A DNA stretch of 63,567 nt, counting the filler, from Trichomonas gallinae (lineage: Eukaryota), in NCBI GenBank assembly GCA_008369845.1. It is 4 parts of 4 records of this genome, joined end to end, with 100 filler letters (N's around TTAATTAATTAA, not from the genome) between each part and the next. Parts side by side here need not be neighbours in the genome. Positions count along the whole stretch, not along the records: positions 1 to 27,289 come from MRSU01000253.1; 3 more parts are not named here. One strand, written 5' to 3'. The translations under genes and the position numbers were made by a program. The notes under the pieces are model-generated. The model was given only the letters and a program-made list of their open reading frames with translations, searched no databases and was not told where the DNA came from. Of the stretch, positions 11,347 through 21,399 are shown piece by piece (the stretch's first letter is position 1; every line of letters starts with the position of its first letter).

Positions 11347-12129
11347 ATGAAGAGGACAATGTCAAGCATGCTTCCTCGACGTAATGACATTGTTCTTCCT
11401 CCTGCTTTTCAAAAAGGATTCAAACCCAGTGCTTTAGCTTCACCAAAAGATATTAATGGAATAAAAGCAACGACAAGGAACGTTAAATCTGCATTACGGA
11501 AAAGGGTACCTCCACATGTATTACGCGAAGCACAAGAAAGAGACGAAATACATCAGTGGCTCGAAAATGAAAACGCAACTGCGATTGAAGTACTTGAAAG
11601 ACTAGCGAAATCATGCTCATCATATGCAAATTTGTGTAAAATCGCTGCGGAAGAACTTTCGATGGCCTATACTTCAGCCAAAGCTCAATCTTTGATTGAT
11701 TTAGAATCAAAATCGAAATTGGATTTCGCAAATGCTGAAGTAGAATATCAGAAAGTTCTTGCACGATCTAACAAGCTAAAAGACGAAAACAAAGAACTTA
11801 AAAAGCAAATTGAAAAAAGAAAACAAAGTCTTGCAACATTAAACGTAGATATAACTCATTTGAACCAAATACTTAAAGATCATCCATTCGTTGACTCAAA
11901 ATCAGGCTCTCATCTTGTTCAATTAAAAGAAATGGAAACAAAAGGTCCTCAGCACTTTTCAGAGGATCAATACAAAGCTTTATGGGAAGAACAGATCAAA
12001 CTCGAAGGCGAAATAGAAGCAAGTGAACAAAAATTATCCGAACTTCAAGAAAATCAGCTTAAAAGTCTTCATACCAAAGCAATTGAATTTATTAAGCGTA
12101 GCCAAAGATATACATCGAGTTACATGTAA
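11347..12129 (+). CDS. Hypothetical coiled-coil protein
   Basis: 260-aa ORF with heptad E/K/Q/L segments; GTCACTTTT Inr-like motif about 30 nt upstream. Confidence 0.8.
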   Translation: MKRTMSSMLPRRNDIVLPPAFQKGFKPSALASPKDINGIKATTRNVKSALRKRVPPHVLREAQERDEIHQWLENENATAIEVLERLAKSCSSYANLCKIAAEELSMAYTSAKAQSLIDLESKSKLDFANAEVEYQKVLARSNKLKDENKELKKQIEKRKQSLATLNVDITHLNQILKDHPFVDSKSGSHLVQLKEMETKGPQHFSEDQYKALWEEQIKLEGEIEASEQKLSELQENQLKSLHTKAIEFIKRSQRYTSSYM

Positions 12130-12166
12130 TTTTGAAAGAAAAATTCAAAATATACAAAAAATTTTA

Positions 12167-13210
12167 CTAATATAATAAGCAACAGCCTTTCTTAGATTCT
12201 CCAAATACCAATTCTATGGAAACTTCGTTATCATATAGATCGGAATCTGGATCTGGATGCGGAATCGGTTGATCTGCTGAATTAATCGTCAGCATTATTG
12301 GAGATATTTTAGTTATTACGTCATCTTTAATAAATTCCCAGAAATAGGGGTCTTTCCATTGTATATAATGCCTAACTATACATCTTGCTAATAAATCTTC
12401 TATCTTTTCAAAATCTATGTTATTACTTCTATCGTTGGACAATTCCAATGCATATTTATAGATTTCCATCAATTCTGTTGGAACAAATTTTTTATAACTT
12501 TCGCCATCGTCTTTTTCCATTAATTCTTTGATTTTCTCTTTGTTGTTGAGGTGTGACCACGGTAGTGAGCCGCAGAGCAGATAAATAATTGAAATAATCC
12601 ATGAAAAAATATCATCGCAGCGTTTTGGCTTTGTTCCTGAAAGAACAGGCAAAGATGAGTATCTAGGTGTTCCTTTATACTTAGAACTGCTGTTATCTTC
12701 TTCTTCTATTTCTGATAAACCAAAATCTATCAAAGCAACGGGAAATCGTTTATTTGGACGAACAATGAAGTTTCCTGGCTTTATGTCGCCATGTACTATG
12801 CCCATATTATGTAAATCTTTGATACATCTTAAAGTTTCGATTGCTATTCTTACTGCGTTGTTAATATCGACTAAATATCCATTTGTTGCGCGTTTTAAGT
12901 CATCGAAATTAGCTCCAAGCAGTTCTAGAACTGAAATATGGTATTTATCTCGTTTATCGTAAGCTGCTTCAACTAAAAAACGTTTTCTGTACTCTTCTGG
13001 TTGCTTTTTCTGTATTATTTCGTAGACTTTATGTTCATTATATAACGTACTTTTCTTATTTGGATCTTCTGTTTCGATTTTTAGCATGAAATCTTTTTTC
13101 AGTTCTATTTCTGTAGCTATGTAAGTGTCAGCGAAGCCACCACTTCTCCATAAGCGTTTAATCTTGAATCCACAGAAGATTTCTCCTGATTTTAATTCTA
13201 ATCTTTTCAT
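12167..13210 (-). CDS. Casein kinase 1 (CK1) family protein kinase with C-terminal GCCLLY lipidation motif
   Basis: SGGFADTY, MLKIE, LELLG, HGDIKPGNF, LIDFGLS, GTPRYSS, DDIFSW, LPW. Confidence 0.92.
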   Translation of the reverse strand: MKRLELKSGEIFCGFKIKRLWRSGGFADTYIATEIELKKDFMLKIETEDPNKKSTLYNEHKVYEIIQKKQPEEYRKRFLVEAAYDKRDKYHISVLELLGANFDDLKRATNGYLVDINNAVRIAIETLRCIKDLHNMGIVHGDIKPGNFIVRPNKRFPVALIDFGLSEIEEEDNSSSKYKGTPRYSSLPVLSGTKPKRCDDIFSWIISIIYLLCGSLPWSHLNNKEKIKELMEKDDGESYKKFVPTELMEIYKYALELSNDRSNNIDFEKIEDLLARCIVRHYIQWKDPYFWEFIKDDVITKISPIMLTINSADQPIPHPDPDSDLYDNEVSIELVFGESKKGCCLLY

Positions 13211-13291
13211 TTTTTGCTTTTTTCTTAACGTACATTATTTTTTAAATCTTAAATTATATCAATATATGGCCTATTATGATGATTTCACGCT

Positions 13292-14293
13292 TCAAATCAA
13301 GAGATTTGCTGAGAATTCAAAATCATTATTTGTATTTTTCAAGTTTCTCTTAATATCAATGATGTATGATTCAGCAATGGGAATTTTAATTTCTCTTATA
13401 CCATTCTTATAGTTCGTATTCGTATGAATTATTATATTTTCTTTCAAACATTCTACTCGTGATATTGATTCGAACATTTGATATAAGTTTTCAAGTTTTT
13501 TGGTGATACTTTCACCTCTTGGCCTCTTTTTAAGAGACTTCGCAGTAGAATTGAATAATGTTATTTTTTGATCATTCGAAATTTTGAGAATATGACACAC
13601 AAGTTGCCATGATTGCTTTGATTCGCTAAAATACACAAAACCGATGAATGAATAGAAGCATTCATCAATATTCGTAATGATTTTCGACATATAAGCTTCA
13701 AGAAGCATTGTTGAGTCTTTCAAAACTCTTGCTATGTACTTGTCAATATCAATGGACTTGAAATGAGGATTCCATTCCTCATCAAAACTGATTATTTTTA
13801 AACTTGAAACAGCACTTGCTATTAAAGATGCTGATTTATCTGTGAGAATCAACGATGTGTGTGGATTCCAGTTGAATGTGCTGCTGTTTGTTGGAAAAGA
13901 GAAATTAATTAATTTTCTATTTTTCAATATGATTGAAAAGTAGACAAAAATGTTCTGATCGTCTGGCATGTAGCCTATTATTATATAATCTATTGCGTGA
14001 TTCTCAATTTCGATGAGCTGGAAAATCATTCCAATATCAACAATGTTTAAATAGCCATCTTGCGAGAATAAATGCAATGATTCAATACAATTAGATATGG
14101 AGAAGTTAAAGCAATCGATTTCGTGTATATTTAATTGAAATTCTGAACAATTTTCGAAATTTGTTTGTTTTATTACGTATAATTGAGATCCTAACTTGTT
14201 AACGCCCAAAATAGTTGCTCCTTTTGGCTGATCAAGCTGTTGTTTCAAAGAATCAACAGGAATCGCAATCTTTTTCTTTGTTTTCTTTATCAT
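13292..14293 (-). CDS. Hypothetical protein
   Basis: 333-aa ATG-initiated ORF; no recognisable motif. Confidence 0.7.
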   Translation of the reverse strand: MIKKTKKKIAIPVDSLKQQLDQPKGATILGVNKLGSQLYVIKQTNFENCSEFQLNIHEIDCFNFSISNCIESLHLFSQDGYLNIVDIGMIFQLIEIENHAIDYIIIGYMPDDQNIFVYFSIILKNRKLINFSFPTNSSTFNWNPHTSLILTDKSASLIASAVSSLKIISFDEEWNPHFKSIDIDKYIARVLKDSTMLLEAYMSKIITNIDECFYSFIGFVYFSESKQSWQLVCHILKISNDQKITLFNSTAKSLKKRPRGESITKKLENLYQMFESISRVECLKENIIIHTNTNYKNGIREIKIPIAESYIIDIKRNLKNTNNDFEFSANLLI

Positions 14294-14533
14294 TTTTGAT
14301 TTTTGACATCAATTATGATATTTAGACTTATCTAGCTATAAAATAAGACTCTATTGGAAACATCAAACCAATAGACGAAAAATTATAGTATTAGTTGCAT
14401 GGATGAGATATTATTTTTATATTAGAATGGTTCAAATATGAAAAGAAACATATGACAGGTGAAGAACCATGGGCTAAAAACATATAAGCACCCTTATTAT
14501 TTTTACTTTATATGATTTTTTTATACATCGCTT

Positions 14534-14648
14534 TAATTTTATATTTGATCAATGTAATCAATTCTAATGGATTCAAAATTGATATGAACCTCTCTTCCAA
14601 GATCAAAATTGACTTCTTTTGTGATCATTATCAGTGATGATTTTGCAT
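14534..14648 (-). pseudogene. Decayed coding relic, copy 1 (…ESIRIDYIDQI*)
   Basis: Homologous to 15621-15734; the minus-strand frame shares ESIRIDY.DQ with synonymous differences. Confidence 0.5.
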
Positions 14649-14810
14649 CCAAGTATAATAGTTTTAAATGCATAACTCATCTAGAAGCTATTATTATGGA
14701 CTTCTTAATTTGATTGCTTCATAATTATTAATGATTTTTTCTTGTTATTATGAGAAATATAAAGTAACACAGTATAATTTATATCAACAACTCTATACAG
14801 TTTTATTTCT

Positions 14811-15329
14811 CTATTTTGGCTTAATCTTCTTTGCTTTTTCGTCATTAAGATATTGAAGGAATGATTCATCTTTAGCAAGGGCTTCAGCAATGGTTGCACC
14901 TTTCTGCTTTCTCGTAAGACGAGCCTTCTTTCCATCCATTGCGCTTGTAATAATTGTACCAAATTGCAAAAACTCAGGTGGCTCTTCAGGAAGTGCTGCA
15001 ACGTTTCCAGCCCCCTTTTCTATTACGCTACGCATGTGTAAGATCTGCCAATCACGCTTGTCTTCTTCGGTGAGTTTGGATTTTGGCATATCGAACCAGT
15101 CTTTTCCAGCTGTTTCTTCTTTCTTCTTCTTTTTATCAATAGCTGGCATGTTTAATGGATCTAAGTTTGCTTGTTTCATTGTGTTTTTCATTTTTTCTTC
15201 TGAAAATTCTTGAATCGCATCCCCGAACGCGAAATCTCTATTTTTCGAGAAGCCTGTCTCATGTACTACCGGTTTGATAGCGGTACTGCTTGCCTCTGTC
15301 TCTGCAATCAAAGAATCCCAGTCCGCCAT
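14811..15329 (-). CDS. FCF2: Fcf2 pre-rRNA processing protein (DNTTIP2/Fcf2 family)
   Basis: TAGKDWFDMPK...DWQILHMRSVI...PEFLQFGTII...RKQKGATIAEAL is the Fcf2 domain pattern; AAAAGTGAC promoter motif just upstream of the ATG. Confidence 0.85.
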   Translation of the reverse strand: MADWDSLIAETEASSTAIKPVVHETGFSKNRDFAFGDAIQEFSEEKMKNTMKQANLDPLNMPAIDKKKKKEETAGKDWFDMPKSKLTEEDKRDWQILHMRSVIEKGAGNVAALPEEPPEFLQFGTIITSAMDGKKARLTRKQKGATIAEALAKDESFLQYLNDEKAKKIKPK

Positions 15330-15620
15330 ATCTAAATTCTTGTCACTTTTTGGAATTTAGCAAAATTTATGACCTTTTCATTATCATGAAAATAAGACAA
15401 TATAGAGCCATAACAATAGCATATTCTATTAAATCGCAGCCTAATGGATACCATGCTACTCGATATCAAACTTGAATCCCTCTCAGTACATTAACACATA
15501 ACTCTCATGCAAATTGTAACTTTACATGTCAAAATTGCTCTCGTTATTGAGATTACATAACAAAATTTCTCTTTACATGTCATAATTATATATGATATGT
15601 TATTGATACCGATCATATAT

Positions 15621-15734
15621 TAATTTTGTTTTTGATCCATGTAATCAATTCTTATAGATTCAACATCGGTATAATTCTCTATTCTAAGATCAAAAACAGC
15701 TTCATTTATGATATCTTTCAAAAAGATTTTGCAT
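15621..15734 (-). pseudogene. Decayed coding relic, copy 2 (…ESIRIDYMDQKQN*)
   Basis: Homologous to 14534-14648. Confidence 0.5.
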
Positions 15735-16639
15735 TTGTAATGTAAGTTCTATTCATATTATTTTTGAATACAGTAAAGTCTGATGGATCTTTGGCGCTCA
15801 TTTTATATAAGCATTGTTGTTTGAATATGTAAAAACTTTTGTATCAAATGTAAATACAATAAAGGCTGCCAAAACGTGCCTTTTCTATGGAAATTTTAAG
15901 ATATTACAACAGTTAGGAGAGTATAAAAATCATCTTTCAATGATCAAAATTTATCATGGAAGTCTACACTCGAGCTATAAAATATATTATACTTGTACAT
16001 AGGCATAAATATCTACATTCACCAAAAGATGAAAAAAGTGATGATTTCTCTTCAGAGTTTAATTTTGTAATTGGAGTGATTGTAATCATATATTTCGTAT
16101 GTATATGGAATTATTAATTGATTAAGCAACCAAAGAGCAACATTTCGTAATATTTGTTACTATTGGTAAATTTTCTCTTGATAATGACACAAACTAACTG
16201 TTGGATCTATTATATCACATCAGAAATATTGCAGGAATACATTCCACAAGTCATAGGAAGACAATCAATGTTACACCGAACGATTATACATAAATTTTCA
16301 ATTACACATTACCCATTATCCATAAGAAGCCCTAGAAAAGCTTGATAATCAGTTAAAAGTTCTTAATCTTTATCGAATAAAATTTCTGAAAAAAAAATTT
16401 TGCTTGCTGAGTTAAAATAGATCTACAAAGGAAGCCCTATTCATCGATCAAATTGTCAAATGACTTTTGTCAGGATAAAGTACAAAATTTTCTTTGAAAA
16501 TATGATCTCTCAAATCAAAAATTAATTTTATTCCTCTCTCATTCATAAATTGAATATATATGGGCATTATCTTCCTAAATCTTTGAAGATGATTGGACAT
16601 ATAGACATAATGCAAAATCGATTCAAAGAAAAAATCTTG

Positions 16640-17165
16640 ATAAATACATCATCAAATCAAAATTAAAATGTATACATCATACAGATATAAAACATATCAT
16701 TAAATAACGAAAAATTTTGAAGGACGTTAAAAAAATTTTAACAATTATAATCATTAAATTAATTCTAAATACATCAGTAGCATATATATAAAGCACCTAA
16801 ATTATAAACGAAAAAAATTAAAGGATTATGAAAAAGTCTTGAAAATAATTGACACTTTTCGATGTGAAAAATTTTTTGCAAAAATGAATATTATATGCTT
16901 TAATAGTTTTGTAAATTATAACTTTTGAATGGATACGTTTTTTCCTTTCAAAATATAACCTTAACAATTGGTTTGAAAAATCAATCATCAAATCAAAATT
17001 CAGTTATATAAATCGCGCATATATAAAAAACAAATCATTTAAAATAACAAAAAATAAAATTGAATGATGGTAAATCTTTAACAATCAATCATCAAAAATC
17101 ATATAAATCACACATACATAAAATAAATAATCAAATAAGAAAAGGAAAAAAAAATTGAACTATTT
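16640..17165. repeat. Degenerate AT-rich ~100-110-bp repeats (about 4 units)
   Basis: Units starting AAT(A/C)(C/A)ATCATCAAA...ATATAAA...AAATT(G/A)AA recur near 16643, 16750, 16979 and 17083. Confidence 0.55.
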
Positions 17166-17399
17166 AATAATAAAAGGAGATAATTTATGTATATATAAAA
17201 TATAATTAAAACTTAAAATTGAATTAAAAACCTTTTGTAAAAAATATAATTATCGGAATGATTTTATAATTAGTCAAATAGACGGATAACATGGATAATT
17301 ATAAGTAAAATCTTTGTAAAACTTTTTGATTGGACGAAAAATTTTTGACATTTTTGAGATGAAATTTGGTCCACGTTTTTATTATCATTAGATTTTTTG

Positions 17400-17819
17400 A
17401 TGACTTACGTATCTATAATGACTCTAAGCCAGAGTAAGAAGAGCCAATTGCATCAATCAGCCTGCCCGCAACCTTTTTATATACATATCGAGTCTTTTTA
17501 TACCGCTAAAGATACAAATATCACCTATTACGTGATACAGGTTGGAGTTAAAAAGGAAAATGGAGTACAAGTGAAGAACATGTCCATAAGATACTCAGAA
17601 CTAGACAAATTAAACAGTGAACTCCACACTCAATTTCCAAATAACACTGAATTCGCTCCTTTCCCGCCAAAGAAATATATTTTCAATACAAGCATGAACT
17701 TCTTGAAGAAGAGATCCGAGGATTTGCAGAATTATCTCAGTGCATTGACAAAGATTCCTCATATCTTGGAAAGTCAAGAGTTTAGAAACATGTTCCAAAT
17801 TGAAGGTGACTTCAATTGA
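17400..17819 (+). CDS. PX (phox homology) domain protein
   Basis: TYYVIQV...IRYSELDKLNSEL...FPPKK...FLKKRSEDLQNYLSAL...SQEFRNMF; ATG at 17400 (or 17418). Confidence 0.9.
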   Translation: MTYVSIMTLSQSKKSQLHQSACPQPFYIHIESFYTAKDTNITYYVIQVGVKKENGVQVKNMSIRYSELDKLNSELHTQFPNNTEFAPFPPKKYIFNTSMNFLKKRSEDLQNYLSALTKIPHILESQEFRNMFQIEGDFN

Positions 17820-18530
17820 ACAAGTAGCTTGATTATTGAGATCACATTATTGTATATTATTGTTTATTTAAAGATATTATATTGCGAAAATGCTTTTTTA
17901 CTAATATTTGTATGATGATTTGGTATATTTCTAGGAGTATATATTAGTACTCCATACAAAATTGATCTATTCGTTAGATTCAGACAAAATTTTCTTATTA
18001 TATCGTCATATAGCTGCTCGGCGTTATCCATATATTGGCATAGACTATGTATACTAACATTTTACTGACTTTTAACTAATTTGTTTCATTATTTTTCGGG
18101 AATGAGAATTCACAGTTCATTACCGTATAGAATGCAAACAACAGAAGTATAAAATATAAGAGAATGTTTGACATAACTTAATTCATGAGATGCAAATTAT
18201 CATCTGATTTTTCTCATTGTTTGTCGTTTAGAGTCAATATAACAGAATTTTTCGATGGATATTCTGGAGAAATAAAGTTTTGTCTGGGATATAATTGCTC
18301 TGCTGTTAATAATTTAATACTTGTTATTATTTTTAATTTTTTAGCTTTTGCAATGACAAAAATGAATTTGTAATTCATAGTATTCTTATTGTTGTTATAT
18401 TTGAATAAATTTTTTTTCTGAAAAATTATATCTCTAAAAATCTGTAGAAATTCATGAATTTCGGCTTCATTTCACTAATATTAGCTAAATATAGAAATAA
18501 ATGGAAAATAAAATAAATCTACAAACAATT

Positions 18531-21245
18531 TTATATATATATGGGAATCAATGGATTTCTTGTTGGTGTGCTACTATTAGACTTATAACTGGTTCTTGAT
18601 GAAAGGATTTCTTCCTCAAGGAACTGTCTAACTTGTTCGCTTGTCAACATATTTGGATTATCAGTCTTTATCAACAATTTTCTTCCCCATCTCTCCCATT
18701 GATCATTATCCCTCTCTTTTTTGTCTTTTATCGACAAGATCTCTGACTTAAGAACTTGTATCTGTTGTCCAATGAACGTGTTCTCTTTCACAAGATCAGA
18801 TATTCGCGGTGCAACTTTGCTTTTATCATCGATGTCAAGAGATTTCATGCATGAGTTTAAAATGAATCTATCTTCATCCTTGGTTACTTCCTCTTCTATG
18901 GCATCAAGGCTTCTAACTATATCATCATCAGAGACAACATTCAGCTCAGTTTCGCTGTGTTGTGCAAATTTATTAATGAAATTAACAACTTTTTCTTTGA
19001 GTTCTGTGTTTTCAATTTTTCCTTGAAGAAGTTCATCAGCAGTTTTAGCGCGTGAAACAGCTGCATCTCTTTGTTGTGATACGCTCTGCAATTCCAATGA
19101 GAGTGTCTTATTTTCAATGAATAAAGCATTTTTCTCATTCATTGTTTTATCTATTTTTTCTTTGAGTTCATTTGCTTCTTCTTTTAGTTTTTCGATTTCT
19201 TTGTTTAATTCTAATCTTATAACTTCCTTTTCATCGCGTGCAGCTCTTGCTGCTTCTCTTAATATTTCGTGTGACTTTTCATTTGATTTTTCAAGCTCTT
19301 TCGTTCTCATTTTAAGTTTCGCATTTTCTTCCTTTAAAAATTTGTTTGTTGCAACTAATTCTCTTTGTTTATCGATCGACTCCTTTAACTGTATTGCAAT
19401 ATCTGACAACTGTTTCTCATATTTCTTTGTTTCTTCAGATAATTTCCTTTTCTGTGTTTCACACAAGTTTTGGACTTTCTCTGATCTTTCTATAATTGTT
19501 TCGAGAGATTTTTTGAGTTCTTCGACTGTTTCATTTAGTTTTTGATTCTTTTCTGTTAACTTGTTATTCTCTAATTCCAAGTTTTTGTTTTTCGTGCCGA
19601 ATTCCATTTCTATTTTCACTCTTTCCACATCTATCTTCTCTATTTCTTCTTTATACTTTTCTGTTACTTCAAACATTTTCTGGGAAAATTCTTGCTTCAT
19701 TTTTTCCAGAGAAATTCTCAGTCTTTTTGCTCTTTCGCCTTCTGAGTAGCTTCTTTTGAATGATGAAACAGCAGCTTCAAGAATCAACAAAATATTTGTT
19801 TCGTTATGTATTTCGAATGCTGTCTTTAGTATTTCTAGCATTTTCTGTTCACGCTCTCTGTATTCTTTGTTTTCTTTAATCGCAATGTTGAATTCATCTA
19901 AATTTCTTTTTAGATTAGAATTTTCTCTTGTTAAAAATGAAACTCTTGCGTCTTTGTCTGATGCAAACCTTCTTAGTATAGTTGATGCAGCCAGCTGTGC
20001 CGTGAACAAAAAGAATAAAGACTTGGCATCATCATTGCCCTTCTTGTGTTGCTCATATATAATGTCGACAATTTTAGAAACATCTTTCTCTTCTCCGAAT
20101 GCGAAAAAGTTGAGTTTTTGGACTTCTGCAAGAGCTTTGAATGTAACTGGTATTGTTTTTTCAACATACGATGAAACAAGAGATGCTTCCCTTATCAGTT
20201 TCTCTCTAAATTCTGTCGGAAGAATCTGTTTTTCCGAAGGAAAAATGATTTGCGATAAATTTTCATCTGAAGCGATTTTAAGAAACAGGGCAGACTCTTG
20301 GTCTAATATTGATATTAAATTTGAACATTGATGCTCCAGGATTTTGACCCTTTTACTCAATTCGTCTGTTTCTGATTTAGATAAAAGAAATTCGATTATT
20401 GAAGAAATTTTTTGCTTTGTTTTAAGCTCTTTGTTGATTTTAATATAATCTACTTTTGAAACTATATCGTTTGATGCATATGATTTGATATTATCACACA
20501 GAATTTCAAGTATTTTTTCATCATTATTAGGCAATGGTGTATTTTGTATTTTATAGGTATTTTTGGCTAATATTTTTGTAATATTATCTATGTAAGCTTT
20601 CTGTTTATAAATTAAAGCAATGAGTAAGTTTCTTTGTTCTGTTAATTGAATTATTTCATCAGATTTTAACTGAAAACGATCATATATGTTCGTAAATGCC
20701 TTTGTAACGTCATCTTCAATATTAATTTTAAGCCTTTTCACTTGATTTTGTGCTTCATTTAATTCGTTACGTAAAGATTTTTGCTTTTCTTCTAGATTTC
20801 GTATTTCTTGATCCTTTTTGATCTCATTGTCTTTGTTTAATTCGATAGTTCTGTTTAATTTTTGAATTTGATCAATTTTATCTTGTAAATCATGAGTTTG
20901 TTGCTGATATAATGATTTATATTTTCTAAATTTCTCTTGTAATTCTGATTTTTCTGTCTGTAATTGTGATTCTTTGAATCCTGCTGCTTTTTCGATTCGA
21001 ATTAAGCGTTCTATTTCATTAAATAGATCATCTCTCGAACTTACCATTATATTATATCTCGAGCATAGTTCCAGATATAATGTTTTTTCGCTATTTTCGG
21101 ATGAATAACTTTTATTTGAAACATATTTGCTGCTTTGTATTGGAGAAATAGGAATCCCCATACTCGAACTAGTATGGATATCATCGTCGTCGCTCAAGTT
21201 TTCGAGTCTCCTCAGCACTTCTTTAAAATCATATTCATCACTCAT
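18531..21245 (-). CDS. Large coiled-coil protein
   Basis: 904-aa ORF with long E/K/Q/L heptad tracts and C-terminal WERWGRKL. Confidence 0.85.
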   Translation of the reverse strand: MSDEYDFKEVLRRLENLSDDDDIHTSSSMGIPISPIQSSKYVSNKSYSSENSEKTLYLELCSRYNIMVSSRDDLFNEIERLIRIEKAAGFKESQLQTEKSELQEKFRKYKSLYQQQTHDLQDKIDQIQKLNRTIELNKDNEIKKDQEIRNLEEKQKSLRNELNEAQNQVKRLKINIEDDVTKAFTNIYDRFQLKSDEIIQLTEQRNLLIALIYKQKAYIDNITKILAKNTYKIQNTPLPNNDEKILEILCDNIKSYASNDIVSKVDYIKINKELKTKQKISSIIEFLLSKSETDELSKRVKILEHQCSNLISILDQESALFLKIASDENLSQIIFPSEKQILPTEFREKLIREASLVSSYVEKTIPVTFKALAEVQKLNFFAFGEEKDVSKIVDIIYEQHKKGNDDAKSLFFLFTAQLAASTILRRFASDKDARVSFLTRENSNLKRNLDEFNIAIKENKEYREREQKMLEILKTAFEIHNETNILLILEAAVSSFKRSYSEGERAKRLRISLEKMKQEFSQKMFEVTEKYKEEIEKIDVERVKIEMEFGTKNKNLELENNKLTEKNQKLNETVEELKKSLETIIERSEKVQNLCETQKRKLSEETKKYEKQLSDIAIQLKESIDKQRELVATNKFLKEENAKLKMRTKELEKSNEKSHEILREAARAARDEKEVIRLELNKEIEKLKEEANELKEKIDKTMNEKNALFIENKTLSLELQSVSQQRDAAVSRAKTADELLQGKIENTELKEKVVNFINKFAQHSETELNVVSDDDIVRSLDAIEEEVTKDEDRFILNSCMKSLDIDDKSKVAPRISDLVKENTFIGQQIQVLKSEILSIKDKKERDNDQWERWGRKLLIKTDNPNMLTSEQVRQFLEEEILSSRTSYKSNSSTPTRNPLIPIYI

Positions 21246-21283
21246 TTAAATATTAAACGTGCACTTTTCAAAAGTTTTTGTCA

Positions 21284-21306
21284 AATAAATATTTACATGT
21301 CAAAAT
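21284..21306 (-). promoter_or_regulatory. Promoter element ATTTTGACATGTAAATATTTATT
   Basis: 23 nt identical to 56758-56780; lies 39-61 nt upstream of the ATG at 21245. Confidence 0.7.
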
Positions 21307-21399
21307 CTGATATGTAAATAAAAATATTTCAATTCTTATGTAGAAATTTTATGATTTTCTTGAGATAATTTCTAATTTCTATCAAATTAAGTCTTTATA

